From the NCBI RefSeq assembly GCF_006345805.1, contig NC_043005.1:101184001-101248000 (forward strand): a DNA stretch of 64,000 bases, given 5' to 3'. The translations under genes and the position numbers were made by a program. This document shows positions 1 to 11,334 of this stretch, piece after piece; within the stretch, counting starts at the first letter, position 1, and the number at the start of each line of letters is the position of its first letter. The stretch comes from Octopus sinensis. Lineage: Eukaryota. A model generated the notes under the pieces. It did not search any database. It was not told the DNA's origin and saw nothing but the letters and a program-made list of their open reading frames with translations.

Positions 1-150
1 ACTCTGTCTTCTAGAAATAACAATCAGATCTCCCTCAAATTACACAAATCATCTTGAACATCAAAGGACACTTTTGATTATTGTTGTGAATGGTCTGAAG
101 AAACAGTACATGATGGTCAGGGATAGAATGCTTTTGTCAACAGATTCAGC
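1..150 (+). repeat. Unclassified interspersed repeat fragment
   Basis: ctagaaataacaatcagatctccctcaaattacac resembles the reverse complement of 47810-47855; parts of the same family appear near 42440-42530. Confidence 0.4.
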
Positions 151-189
151 TCACTCAGGGTTCCACTGACAATAAATAATGACCACATC

Positions 190-360
190 GTATGTGTGTG
201 TGTGTGTGTGTGTGTGTGCATGTGTGCACATGTATATGTGTGCATGCATGTGTGTGTGTATGCATGTATGTATATATATATATGCATACATATGTATATA
301 TAAATACATCTGCATGCATGTGTGTATATATGTATGTATATATATATAACATATATATTT
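190..360. repeat. Compound (GT)n/(AT)n microsatellite
   Basis: Directly visible dinucleotide tracts; source of ORFs 155..352 and 192..392. Confidence 0.9.
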
Positions 361-906
361 ACAATACTCTACCTACTCAAAAAAAAAAATAAATGAATAA
401 ATAAAGAAGAGGATAAAGATAGAAGACAAAAGAAAATGCAAAAGTTTTAAATATTTACATAAATTGCTTTTTCTTAAAATCTATTTCATCTCCTTTGACA
501 ACGCAGTAGCACGGATGAAATAGTGTTTCGTATATGAATTATTTACGACAGTTGTTTTCACTGTTCGATTAATCTTTTTAACTATTCAACCATCAAGTGG
601 CAACTATTTTCAGACAGATGAACTCAGTCAAGTGTAGTTTCACATGTTGTCTGAAATAGAACAGTGTTTGAAGGAAGGTTTCAACTCGTGAGCTTGTTGG
701 CAGAAGACAAAATATTTAACCTCACATCTATTTGTCTCATTCAGCTCATACAGAAAATATATTCTTCACACTTCACAGCTGAAATCTTTGCCGACACAGA
801 GGGGGGAACTGTAAATACTTTCTATTACATATCTAACTGGTGGTGGTGCGTAAAATACCTTAAACAGTGTCAACAATTGTTAAAAGATGCATCCCAGTTA
901 ACATTG

Positions 907-1000
907 ACTCTTTCACTTGTTTCAGTCATTTGACTGCAGCCATGCTGGAGCACCGCCTTTAGTCGAACAAATGGTCCCCAGGACTTATTCTTTGTAAGCC
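907..1000 (-). mobile_element. SINE-A 3' fragment
   Basis: cttgtttcagtcatttgactgcagccatgctggagcaccgcctttagtcg matches the reverse complement of the 3' end of full SINE-A copies (e.g. 10319-10779). Confidence 0.85.
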
Positions 1001-1131
1001 ATGTCGCGCACTTATGGTTATGATGCATGTGCCTGGTGTAGCCTTATCAGATGGGTAGTCATAATGGTTATACTGGGCTTCGTATATTTTACTCCAGTGT
1101 CATTTTGATGGCATGCATTGCTCTCTCACTC

Positions 1132-1167
<36 letters not shown>
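1000..1167. mobile_element. Fragment of the TAA-flanked ~560 bp repeat plus (AAT)12
   Basis: 1000-1131 closely matches 19847-19978; both end in ctctctcactc followed by (AAT)n. Confidence 0.85.
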
Positions 1168-1168
<1 letters not shown>

Positions 1169-2277
1169 GAGACGAAAGACGAAAGAAGCTTCATTCTATC
1201 ATAAGGAAAGCAAAAAATTTGCTAATGATCCCATGCAGGATACCCAAACTGAACAACCCGAGGGAAGTACGGCAACTATTGTTGCAAAGAAGGTGAAAAT
1301 AATGGCAACGAAAAAAGAACATGAGCAATTGGCTGATAGGTGGGAGGAGAAACCTCTGCACGGCAAATATGTGGCCTGCAGCAAACAAGCTGATGTTGAC
1401 TAGAAGCAAACCCATCAGTGGCTATGGAGCTCAGGGCTAAAAGCAGAGAGCGAAGGTTTCATCCTGGCTGCTCAAGATCAAAGCCTATTAACCCGGAACT
1501 ACCAGGCCAATGTGATGAAAAATGGAGCAGACCCAAAATGCCGATTCTGCAACGACATGATTGAAACAGTGGACCACCTAATCTCTGGATGTAAAGTCTT
1601 AGCACCAGTGGAGTATAAATTAAGACATGACAGAGTTGGCCAATATCTACACTGGCTAATAAGTCGGCATTACAATATCAAAACTGCCGACAAGTGGTAT
1701 AATCACTACCCTGAAGCTGTAACTGAAGGAGAAAATGTAACGATTCTGTGGGACTTTCCAGTACATACAGACCGAACCATCAAAGCCAATAAACTGGATA
1801 TTGATGTGAAAGACCAAAACAATAAAGTTTGCTTATTGATCGACATGAGCATCCCCTGTAATCATAATATCTCGGCGAAAGAGTTTGACAAGCTCAGAAA
1901 ATATAAAGACCTGCTTATTGAAATTGAGAAAATGTGGCATCTCAAGGCGGTTACAATACCAGTGATCGTAGGAGCACTAGGAATGATCAAGAAGGGAACC
2001 GAAAATTATATGAGAATGATCCCTGGCTTACCATCCCTGCAAGAAGTGCAAAAGATTGTCTTAAATGGTACATCACACGTATTGAGAAGAGCATTGTCGA
2101 TGTGAGAACTATTACTACCCGTGTATATTAATTTAACTTTAAAAAAAAAAAAATGAACGAACTAGTGAGTTTAGTTTGATGGCCTATCAATGTATACTTT
2201 GAGTTTCTTTGCCCTAGGAGTCGGGAAGACACTCGGCAAGAAATGGAAGCAAATTTGAAAGAAGAAAAAAAGATAAC
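1168..2277 (+). mobile_element. 5'-truncated R4/Dong-type non-LTR retrotransposon (CCHC finger plus restriction-like endonuclease), between (TAA)n tracts
   Basis: Reading frame WEEKPLHGKY...*KQTHQWLWSSGLKAESEGFILAAQDQSLLTRNY continues into ORF 1512..2105: CRFCNDMIETVDHLISGC (CCHC), YKLRHDRV, ILWDFPVHTDRTIKANKLD, IDMSIP, KLRKYKDL, IPVIVGALG. One in-frame stop near 1401. Flanked by (AAT)n at 1132-1167 and about 2278-2297. Confidence 0.9.
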
Positions 2278-2297
2278 AATAATAATAATAATAATAA

Positions 2298-2505
2298 TGG
2301 TTGGTAAATAAGGCAAAAGTCCAGCTATTTTAATCAGAGGAGACAAATTGATACCATCCAGTACTTGACAAATACTTAATTTTATCAACCTTGGAAATAC
2401 AAAGTTGACCTGGGCAGGATTTGAACTCAGAATGCAAAGAACCAGAAAAAGTTCCAGAAAGCATTTATCCCAACGAGCAAAAGATTCTCTCAGCTTGTCA
2501 CTCTA
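2298..2505 (-). mobile_element. SINE-E, degenerate
   Basis: ttgacctgggcaggatttgaactcagaat is the reverse complement of the B-box region shared with SINE-B/E. Confidence 0.7.
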
Positions 2506-2984
2506 AATAATGAATTCTAGTTTCAGAATCAGGCAAGCAATTTTGAGAAGATGTGTGGTATTTTATTTTATAGACTCAGCACCAAAATGCAAAAAGCTGG
2601 GAAAGTACTGCAAGGCATTGAGTCCAACAATCTATTGATGCTGCCAATCCACAATAAGATGTCGACAGATACTTTTATCCAGAACTGATTTAACTCTTAA
2701 CATCAGTTGAAAAATGTTCAAAGTCAAAAGACCGTTCCTGCAACGATTATAGATTGGAGAACAAATAGAAATTATAAAAGAAGGGATTATTTTCCTTCCT
2801 TGCATTACAGAGTTCCTCACTTCCTTTAAAATGTATGTAACCAAGGTTAGTACAGTTCTTGAGATATCCTGCATTTCAGGACTGGCTAACAGATGCAGTG
2901 CTTTGAAGTACAGTGTCCTATAGGGAGATAAGAGTTCATGTCGAGAAAATTTTCATCTTCATGCTACTATTATATCATAATCAT

Positions 2985-3200
2985 CATCATCATCAATAAC
3001 ATTTAACATCTGTTTTCCATGCTGGCATGGGTTGGATGGTTTGGCTGCAGCTGGTAAGGCCAGGAGCCACACCAGATTCCATTGTCTACTTTGGTTTGGT
3101 TTCTGTGGCTGAATGTCTTTCCTAACACCAACCACTTTACAAAATGTACTGGGTGCTTTCTATGTGGCACCAACACCCACACCTATGCTTTTTACATGGC
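2985..3200 (-). mobile_element. RTE-LINE 3'UTR fragment with (GAT)n tail
   Basis: catcatc...tttaacatctgttttccatgctggcatgggttggatgg, same family as 5823-6607. Confidence 0.8.
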
Positions 3201-3214
3201 ACCTTGATTTTATT

Positions 3215-3760
3215 CGTGTTTATTCATGAGACATAACAGTACAGACGAGCACATATTCCCTCACTATACGTGATTTGAGTTGGAAACTTTGTGAGGAACC
3301 CATCGATCCAATTTGCTGATTCTTCCAATGGCATGCAGGTGTCAATGAATGGTTGAATGACCAAATCCAAGCTTCTATGTTAGTTCCTCAACAGTTACGA
3401 TGGGATTTTGTTCCACCAGAGTTTGCAGGATGTCCTTGTCAAACTCTACAGATCTTCCAGGATGAGGCTCATCTTCTAGGCTGTAGTTTCTGGCTCAGAA
3501 TTTTTGGAATCACCGTTCACACTGGCTTAAGCTTATTGTCCGATCTCCATTTACTGCATTAATATTCCTCACACTTTTCATTGTGTTGTTGACTTTATTG
3601 AACTCATAACAATATATGCCAAATATGTTCCTTTGTCACTTCCATTATAGCTTTAAAAATTATGGCTGTTAAAATCGAACTGAACTCTTCAAAACTTGCA
3701 CTAAGAATAAGTACAAGGTAAAATTACTATCCTACGCTGGCATCTCTTCAGTTATCGGGC
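3215..3760 (-). mobile_element. Mariner transposon fragment (5' half), same family as 14545-15775
   Basis: The reverse complement starts MEVTKEHIWHI, then degenerate YEFNK...YSLEDEPHPGRSVEFDKDILQTLVEQNPIVTVEEL...WVPHK; aligns at nucleotide level with 14660-15120. Confidence 0.85.
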
Positions 3761-3899
3761 CATTGAAAAAATGCTATGAAAATGACCATTAAACAAAGGG
3801 AAATTACTGTGATTGACCGTTATTAAGACAAAAGAGCCATTTGAATGACTGCTGAGTAAGGAGAGGGAGTAAAGGTAAGGGAGTAAAAATGTTCATAGT

Positions 3900-4520
3900 A
3901 ATTGTGTAAGCACATGTGTCCATACATACACATGTGCACCCGCACACCCACGTACATGCACCTATATGTATATACCCATCCACCCTCCCCTTACATGAAA
4001 TATACACATGATCACCCACACATTCGCCAAAAAATATATACATACCCGCATACACGCTCACACACACACGTGCACACAAAAAAGGTTCATACACACGCAC
4101 AAGAAAAAACAGGGCTAAATACAAAATACAGAAAAATGTGTGAAAAAAGCGTAAAAAATAAGGAATTAGAGTAAAACACGTCTATACAAGCACATACTCA
4201 CATGCACGCACACACATGTCTAATATACGCACATACCCACACATGTCTATATATGCACACACACGTGTGCACTAAAGAAAAAGTTCATACACATGTCTAT
4301 ATATGCACATGCACAAGAAAAAACAGGGCTAAAGGCAAAATACAGAAAAATGTGTAAAAAAAGTGTAAAAAATAAGGAATTAGAGTAAAACACATCAATA
4401 TACACACATACTCGCATGCATGCACACACACACGTCTATATACGCATAATCCCGCACACACAGACACACATCCACACGCGTGCACAAAAAATTCCACATA
4501 CACGTCTATATATGCACAGG
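3900..4520. repeat. CA-rich complex repeat containing a ~150 bp direct repeat
   Basis: cacaagaaaaaacagggctaaa...aaggaattagagtaaaacac occurs at about 4097-4180 and 4310-4394. Confidence 0.8.
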
Positions 4521-4669
4521 AAAAATGCAGGGTGAAAGGCAGAATGCAGAGAATTTATGTGTAAAAAAATATATAAAAAATATAAGTAAAATGTATAGAG
4601 AGATAAAAGGCTTGTATATGGATACAATATAGTAAGCAAGTCCTATCTGTAATCTTGAGGGGACCAAAA

Positions 4670-4900
4670 ACGTAACAAATATTTAGCCACGTATGAACAT
4701 GATCTGAAAAGTTCAGTTCTTGAATTTAGACATGTTGCGGGGTCTGCTTTTCCAGAGGAGCCATCTTTCCATATCGCAAAGGACCGCACTTTCCACTGCC
4801 GTTGGTGCAGGGCTTACACTTGGCTAAGATCTTCCAATGGATGTTGTAACTGACACCTTTATCTTTTAAGAACCATATATGACTGGATAATTTGGTCACA
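4670..4900 (-). mobile_element. Penelope-like element GIY-YIG endonuclease C-terminal remnant
   Basis: My minus-strand translation with two frameshifts: TKLSSHIWFLKDKGVSYNIHWKILAKCKPCTNGSGKC/LCDMERWLLWK/ADPATCLNSRTELFRSCSYVAKYLL. This matches the typical invertebrate PLE C-terminus (TELS.YIW.LK...W.I.......C.LC..E.....LN.R.E....C.H). Confidence 0.75.
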
Positions 4901-4979
4901 TACTATATTTACAGATAAATTCCTCTATTTACATAATATTGAGGTCTCTTTCATTCTTTTGTTGTCTTGCTATTTCTGT

Positions 4980-5013
<34 letters not shown>

Positions 5014-5016
<3 letters not shown>

Positions 5017-5086
5017 TGGTTTTTCGTGTTCTGAGCTCAAATGCTGTCCTTTGCAACATTTGAGCTCAGAACATAAAGAGCCAGAA
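5014..5086. ncRNA. Near-perfect 73-nt hairpin (pre-miRNA-like candidate)
   Basis: Core GTTCTGAGCTCAAATG / CATTTGAGCTCAGAAC is a perfect 16-bp inverted repeat; it extends to about 31 bp with G-U pairs and one mismatch; 13-nt loop. Confidence 0.3.
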
Positions 5087-5239
5087 GAAATACCACTACC
5101 TATTTTGTCCAGTGAAGTAATGAACCTGTCACATCTCACTCTCAGATACTGTGTCATACATTTTATCTATGCATAAATTCTACAGAAACAAGCTATATAA
5201 AAGAAACAACACTTTACTGTTAATTTGACTTGCAAGGCT

Positions 5240-5450
5240 GCAAGCTGGCAGAATTGGTAGCATGCTGGGTGAATTGCTTAGTGGCATTTCATCCATCTTT
5301 ATGTTCTGAGTTCAAATTTCACTGAGGTTGACTTTGCCCTTTATCCTTTTGGGGTTGGTAAAATAAGTACCAGTCATGCACTGGGGTCAATTTAATTAAC
5401 TTACCCCATCCCCAAAACTGCTGGCCTTGTGCCAAAAGTTTGAAATCATT
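5240..5450 (+). mobile_element. SINE-E
   Basis: aagctggcagaattggtagcatg...gttctgagttcaaattt...gctggccttgtgccaaaagtttgaaatc. Confidence 0.8.
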
Positions 5451-5659
5451 ATTAGTTTGACTTGTAGTAATTGGAAAAGAGTGAGTTTTTCATTTTGTTT
5501 AAGAGCATTTTCATAATTAGCCACACAAGCAATGGAATCAGAAAGTCACATACAATCTAAATTTTAGCAAAAAGAAGAAAAGAGCTCTGACAAAATGACA
5601 TTTTTATTGAATTGTTTATGAGTTAAGTAATGGCACAGTTTGTAACGTTCTAAAGGCAA

Positions 5660-5822
5660 TGAGCAGATCGAATCATTAGCAAGCCAGACGAAATGTTTAG
5701 CAGTACACCTTCCAGTTACATTCTGAGATCAAACACCAATGGGGTCGATTTTGCCTTTCATACTTTCAGGTTCAATAAAATAAAAACCAGTTGGACACTG
5801 GGATCAACGTAACCAACTTCCT
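5660..5822 (+). mobile_element. SINE-E, degenerate
   Basis: gcagatcgaatcattagcaagccagacgaaatg...cattctgagatcaaac...gggtcgattttgcctttcat. Confidence 0.7.
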
Positions 5823-6607
5823 CCTCCCCTCATGGATGAGAATAGCTGTGTGAAAAAGTTCCACAGCCTAGTAGTTGAGGGAACTTGGGGAAGAGGTAGA
5901 CCCAGGAAGATACGGGATGAAGTGGTGAAGAACGACCTTCAGACATTAGGCCTCACCGAGGCAATGACTAGTGACCGAGACCTTTGGAAATATGCTGTGC
6001 TTGAGAAGACCCAGCAAACCAAGTGAGACCATAACCTCGTGGCCTATGCCAGGGGAGTAACCGGCCCACTTATGCATACCTTTCCTTCATTGGACACTAA
6101 ACTCTGCTTGCGAAAACCTGTTGAGGCAAGTGAAATTGAAATCAAATTCGATGACCGGCTAGTGGAGCGCTAAGAGCACCATCCGAGTGTGATCGTTGCC
6201 AGAGCAGCTGACTGGCTTCCGTGCCGGTGGCACATAAAAAGCACCATTCAAGTGTGATCATTACCAGAGTTGCCTTACTGGCACTTGTGCTGGTGGCACA
6301 TGAAAAAACATTCAAGCGAGGTTGTTGCCAGTGCCACTGGACTGGCTCCTGTGCAGGTGGCACGTAAAAAGCAGCATTTGAGCATGGCCGTTGTCAGTAC
6401 CCTCTGACTGGCTCTCATGCTGGTGGCACATAAAAGCACCCACTACACTCTCAGAGTGGTTGGCGTTAGGAAGGGCATCCAGCTGTAGAAACTCTGCCAG
6501 ATCAGATTGGAGCCTGGTGCAGCCATCTGGTTCGCCAGTCCTCAGTCAAATCGTCCAACCCATGCTAGCATGGAAAGCAGACGTTAAAGGATGATGATGA
6601 TGATGAT
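5823..6607 (+). mobile_element. RTE-clade LINE 3' end (RT C-terminus, repetitive 3'UTR, (GAT)n tail)
   Basis: ORF 5832..6026 MDENSCVKKFHSLVVEGTWGRGRPRKIRDEVVKNDLQTLGLTE...DRDLWK is the RTE C-terminal GRP..W..D.....DR..W motif. Confidence 0.9.
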
Positions 6608-6718
6608 TTATAATCTGCATTAGAATTGGTAATCTCACCCACTTCTCTCATTGTCATCCCTTGAAAAGTTTCATCAGGCTATTGATCATTGCTATTTTCA
6701 GGTTATGCAAAACTGCCT

Positions 6719-6790
6719 ATGTTTGATATATATACATGTTTGATATATATACATGTTTAATATATATACATGTTTGATATATATACATGT
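6719..6790. repeat. 17-bp minisatellite (CATGTTTGATATATATA) x ~4
   Basis: Directly visible tandem units. Confidence 0.9.
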
Positions 6791-6849
6791 GTACACATAT
6801 AGAAAATATTTTTGTGGATGATTGTTTCCTGATATTTTAGATCATATAT

Positions 6850-7750
6850 TTCTATTTTTGAATGCGTTGCAGTAGCATGTGGCCAAGAATATGCAAATAG
6901 TGAACTAAATCACAAAAATTTTTATGGATAAGGTTGTAATATTCAGAATTACTGCAATATTGAAAGTAACTGAACTGAGTTCTATACAAATAAAAGACAT
7001 CTGAGAATGAATTAAAGCAACATAAATCTCTCATATTACCACATAAAAGTGTATAAAGCTAACGCATATCAATTTTGAAAAATATTAATAGAAAACTGTT
7101 ATATGAAGATGAATAGTCACAGAACGATGGCAACATTGATGGAAAAAAAATTAAGATTATAAGAAAGTGAATAGGACAAACTTAGAGGAAACAAAAAGAC
7201 AAAGATATAATTGTAATGAGTGGCACATAGCTAAATAGGACATCGTTAAAGTAAGTTAGCAAAAAACTGTAAAAAGGGCAATTAAGATAATACACATAAC
7301 AAAATTTAAATTAGAAGCATCATATATTGCACTGTAAATAAAAGTGGATAATGTTACAAACAAGCCATTCGTTAATATAAGAGAATAAAAGTAGGAAATT
7401 TCATAAAATTACCCAAGAAATGACAAACATTAAATATATTGTACACAAGTGAGGAAAATAGCATCAAAGAACATGAATAGAATTATAAAAGAAACTGAAA
7501 TTTGTTACAGATATTATCATCAAAATAAATAAAAGATTTCAGCTAATAAAAACATCACAATGATATCATAACTAGTATCCTCAGAAAATAAAAACCTGAG
7601 TCTTTTCTAATTTAACAAGAGAATGTCTTGCTATTTGCATCACATCAATGGAAGACATCTTGCAGGCATTTGTGAAAAGAAGATTTAAAGTAGAAAATGG
7701 TAATATAAACTATTTCAAACATATATAACAAAGTTTTTGCTAAAAGCAAG
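6850..7750 (+). mobile_element. Highly degenerate A-rich retroelement remnant, probably Penelope-like RT
   Basis: Broken frames give NKPFVNIRE*K..NF, SKNMNRII and ENKNLSLF*FN, in the order expected for PLE RT motifs (AFITLKDHK.NF ... SK.ILDRI ... NK....FI.FD). Many stops. Confidence 0.35.
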
Positions 7751-8304
7751 AAGTATGTTGAAATTATTATTACATTATAGTGTTTTATTAATATCAACAT
7801 TTTCTAAATTTGTTGCTTTTTCTTTCTTCCTTCCTTCCTTTCTTTCTTTCTTTCGTTTCTTTTTCTTATTTTTGCGTAAATTTCTCTTCTTTTTCATCTT
7901 AACTCAAACAAACATCAAAATGGTATCATGTCAAAGTTATAGAATAATAGTCTTTGAAAACTAGAACAACTTACTGTTGTCTACCAGTTGACAGAGATTT
8001 CACCTCAGGTTACTGATTGTTCGAATCAACTCCAAGAAATATTACCATAAAAAAGCTACAATATTGTGTTTGATATTCTCACAAGTAACATGTATGTATA
8101 TATATATATATATATATATACACATGTATGTATATAGACACATATATACACATCAAATTCGTTCTAACAGGGATAAACAGATGTAAAATGGATATACAAA
8201 TGTATATATATATATGGAAAATGGATGTTAAACAATGATATATATATATATATGTATGTATGTATGTATTTATGTATGTATTTGTATGTATATGTAATTA
8301 TAGC

Positions 8305-8690
8305 CATATATTTATAAATACTATGATGTTTCATGGTTGTGAAATGTGGGCCTTGAATACGGAGGAAGGAAATGAAGAAAGCATGCTCCGGTGGATATGC
8401 AATGAAAGAGTACAAAAAGGATTTAGTACAAAAGCGCCCAGAGAAAAACTGAGTAAAAGTGGAATCAGATGTAATGCGCCAGAAGGAAGACTGCGCTGTA
8501 TGGACATTTATGATGCATATGGATAAGAACGGTTCTACAAAAACATGAAAATCAGTTAATGTGGATGGAGCTTCCAAAAGCTTCCAGAAGGGATGATGTG
8601 TTGAAGGCTGATCTCAAGATCTTGAACTTCATGGAGAAGATGACAAAGGACTGAGATGACTGGTGTTATGCAAATCAGAATAAGCCTGCC
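8305..8690 (+). mobile_element. RTE LINE RT C-terminal fragment
   Basis: ORF 8260..8526 TMMFHGCEMWALNTEEGNEESMLRWICN...REKL...GIRC...RLR is a typical RTE HGSETW...MLRW...LREKL...RLRWYGH segment. Confidence 0.8.
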
Positions 8691-8779
8691 CACCTCAGTG
8701 AAACTGTGTGTGTTACATATTAACTAGGTGCTGTACCTCATTTCCTCCTCGAGACCCCTCACTACTCATCATCTCTCAT

Positions 8780-9200
8780 CACTGCAGCTCTTCCTTGCCT
8801 AGAGTACAGACACGTAGTGCGTACTCACTGGATTTTCATGTGAGTGTGTGTGGGTGTCTGTATATGCTATAATATTGGTATAAATGGTGTGGGTACTGGT
8901 TTAGAGAAAGTGTGCGGGGGTGGAGAAGGGGCGTTGGAATGTGGGTTGTATGTGGTGTGTGTAAATGTGTGTATGGATGAGTTTAGATGAAGAGAGGTGA
9001 CGAACTGAGGCCATGAGGTACATAGGAGTGAAGAGAGAAAATAAATTCCTGCTCTCAATGGAGGTGGGAGTCAGGGTAGTCTCTGTGCAAAGGACAGCCT
9101 GAACACAGACAGATGTAGTTGCAAATGACCAGTCAAGTGAAAGTGACTCAAGACTGGGGTGTCATTGCTGAGTCTGACGTCCTGGAGATGTTTGGCAAAT
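8780..9200 (-). mobile_element. Possible CR1/L2-type LINE 5'/endonuclease remnant
   Basis: Minus strand gives ...AVLCTETTLTPTSIES, similar to the APE motif LcET.L; weak. Confidence 0.25.
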
Positions 9201-9224
9201 TGGTCGGCTAATCACAGCCCCTTT

Positions 9225-9740
9225 GAGCCTCCCAGAGGCAATGACTGGTCACTGAGACCTTTGGCAATATGCTGCGCTTGAGAAGCCCTGTCAAAGCAAG
9301 TGAAATCATAGTCATAGCTGATGTTGGTGTACTGGTGGCACATAAGGAACACCATTCGAGTACTGGGCCTCATGGAGGCAGTATAGCTGAGTTCCTTCCG
9401 AGCATTGGGCCTCACAGAGGCAAGGTGGCTGTGGTCCTTTTGAGTGTTGGGCCTCAGAAATGCAATGACCAAAATCTTTGGCATTATGTCATGCTTGAGA
9501 AGACCCATCAAGCCAAGCAAAATCACAACCGTGGAAGATATTGGTGATATGCAAGTAGCATGTAAAAGCACCCATTACACTCTTGAAGTGGTTGGTGCTA
9601 GGAAGGTGATCCAGCTGCAGAAACCCATGCCCAATCAGACTGGAGTCTGGTGCAGCCTTCCAGCTTATGAGCCCTGGTCAAACAGACCAACCCATGCCAG
9701 TATAGACAATGGACATTAAATTATGATGATGATGATGATA
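9225..9740 (+). mobile_element. RTE 3' end/3'UTR, two partial units
   Basis: gcaatgactggtcactgagacctttggcaatatgctgcgcttgagaagac repeated near 9450; ends in a (GAT)n tail. Confidence 0.8.
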
Positions 9741-9983
9741 CAATGGACTTTCTTCAGTTTCCATCTACCAAATCTACTCACAAACTTTTAGTCAGCCCAA
9801 GGCAATAGAAGAAGACACTTACCATAGGGACCATGCAGTGGAATTGAACCCAGAATCACGTGTCTTACCACACACCCACACATATTTACATATATTTATA
9901 GATATACAGACACACAATATACTATACATATTCACACACTATATATATAAAATACACTCTCTCTCTCTCTCTCTTTATATATG

Positions 9984-10029
<46 letters not shown>

Positions 10030-10031
<2 letters not shown>

Positions 10032-10292
10032 TCTTGTGCAGGTGACACGTAAAAAACACCATTTGAGAATGGCCATTGCCAGTACCGCCTGGCTGGCCTT
10101 CGTGCCGGCGGCACGTAAAAAGCACCTACTACTCACTCAGAGTGATTGGCGTTAGGAAGGTCATCCAGCTGTAGAAACTCTGCCAGATCAGATTGGAACC
10201 TGGTGCAGCCATCTGGTTTGCCAACCCTCAGTCTAATCGTCCAATCCTTGCTAGCATGGAAAGCAGACGTTAAACAATGATGAAGATGATGA
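10030..10292 (+). mobile_element. RTE 3'UTR fragment
   Basis: gtgcaggtgacacgtaaaaaacacc...aaagcagacgttaaacaatgatg. Confidence 0.85.
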
Positions 10293-10318
10293 TTTATATA
10301 TATAAAATATTTCATCAT

Positions 10319-10478
10319 AGGCGCAGGAGTGGCTGTGTGGTAAGTAGCTTGCTTACCAACCACATGGTTCTGGGTTCAGTCCCACTGCGTGGCACTTTGC
10401 ACAAGTGTCTTCTACTATAGCCTCAGGCTGACCAAAGCCTTGTGAGTGGATTTGGTAGACGGAAAGAAGCCCATTGTA

Positions 10479-10549
<71 letters not shown>

Positions 10550-10778
10550 ATATGTATGTGTGTGTATGTTTGTGTGTCTGTGTTTGTCCCCCCAACATTG
10601 CTTGACAACCGATGCTGGTATGTTTACGTCCCTGTAACTTAGCAGTTCAGCAAAAGAGACCGATAGAATAAGTACTAGGCTTACAAAGAATAAGTCTTGT
10701 GGTCGATTTGCTCGACCAAAAGCAGTGCTCCAGCATGGCTGCAGTCAAATGACTGAAGCAAGTAAAAGAGTCAAAGAG

Positions 10779-10779
<1 letters not shown>
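10319..10779 (+). mobile_element. Full-length SINE-A (tRNA-derived head, internal (TA)n)
   Basis: A box TGGCTGTGTGG, B box GGTTCAGTCCC, central gcaccttgggcaagtgtctt-type domain, and (GTAAAAGA)n tail. Confidence 0.9.
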
Positions 10780-10830
<51 letters not shown>

Positions 10831-11334
10831 TATATACATACATTTACACACAAATATATAAAATATGTTATCTGCTCGGCTAAACAGCATACTTTTGCTG
10901 CTGATCTGAAAGAAATGATATATATGAAATTATACATGCATACACACATTAAAACTTGTATACATACATACATACATATATACATACATACATACACACA
11001 CACATGCATACATACTTACATACAGACATCCATATACTCTCTCACACCTGCACACACACACACGCATATATGGGACAAACAAAAGGAACCGGCACATTTC
11101 TAATGAATCTTATTAGTTGTACATTAGTTTTTATTCACATGAAAGCAATTTAATCCATTCATAGCTTATAAAAAAAATTCTCCTGACATTCAATATAATT
11201 TTCTTTCATAGATATCATTATAAAGATGTTATTTTGGTATAAAGTTTTGCATTTTTTTAGTTTTTATTTTATATTTTTCGGTTCTGTTTTCCCCTTTTTT
11301 TTTTTTTTTTACATTTTTCAGCTGGTGTTTATCC

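Noticed and set aside
2818-2920. Possible minus-strand exon TLYFKALHLLASPEMQDISRTVLTLVTYILKE
   Set aside because: Plausible AG/GT ends, but an equally plausible plus-strand splice pattern overlaps it and I recognise no homologue.
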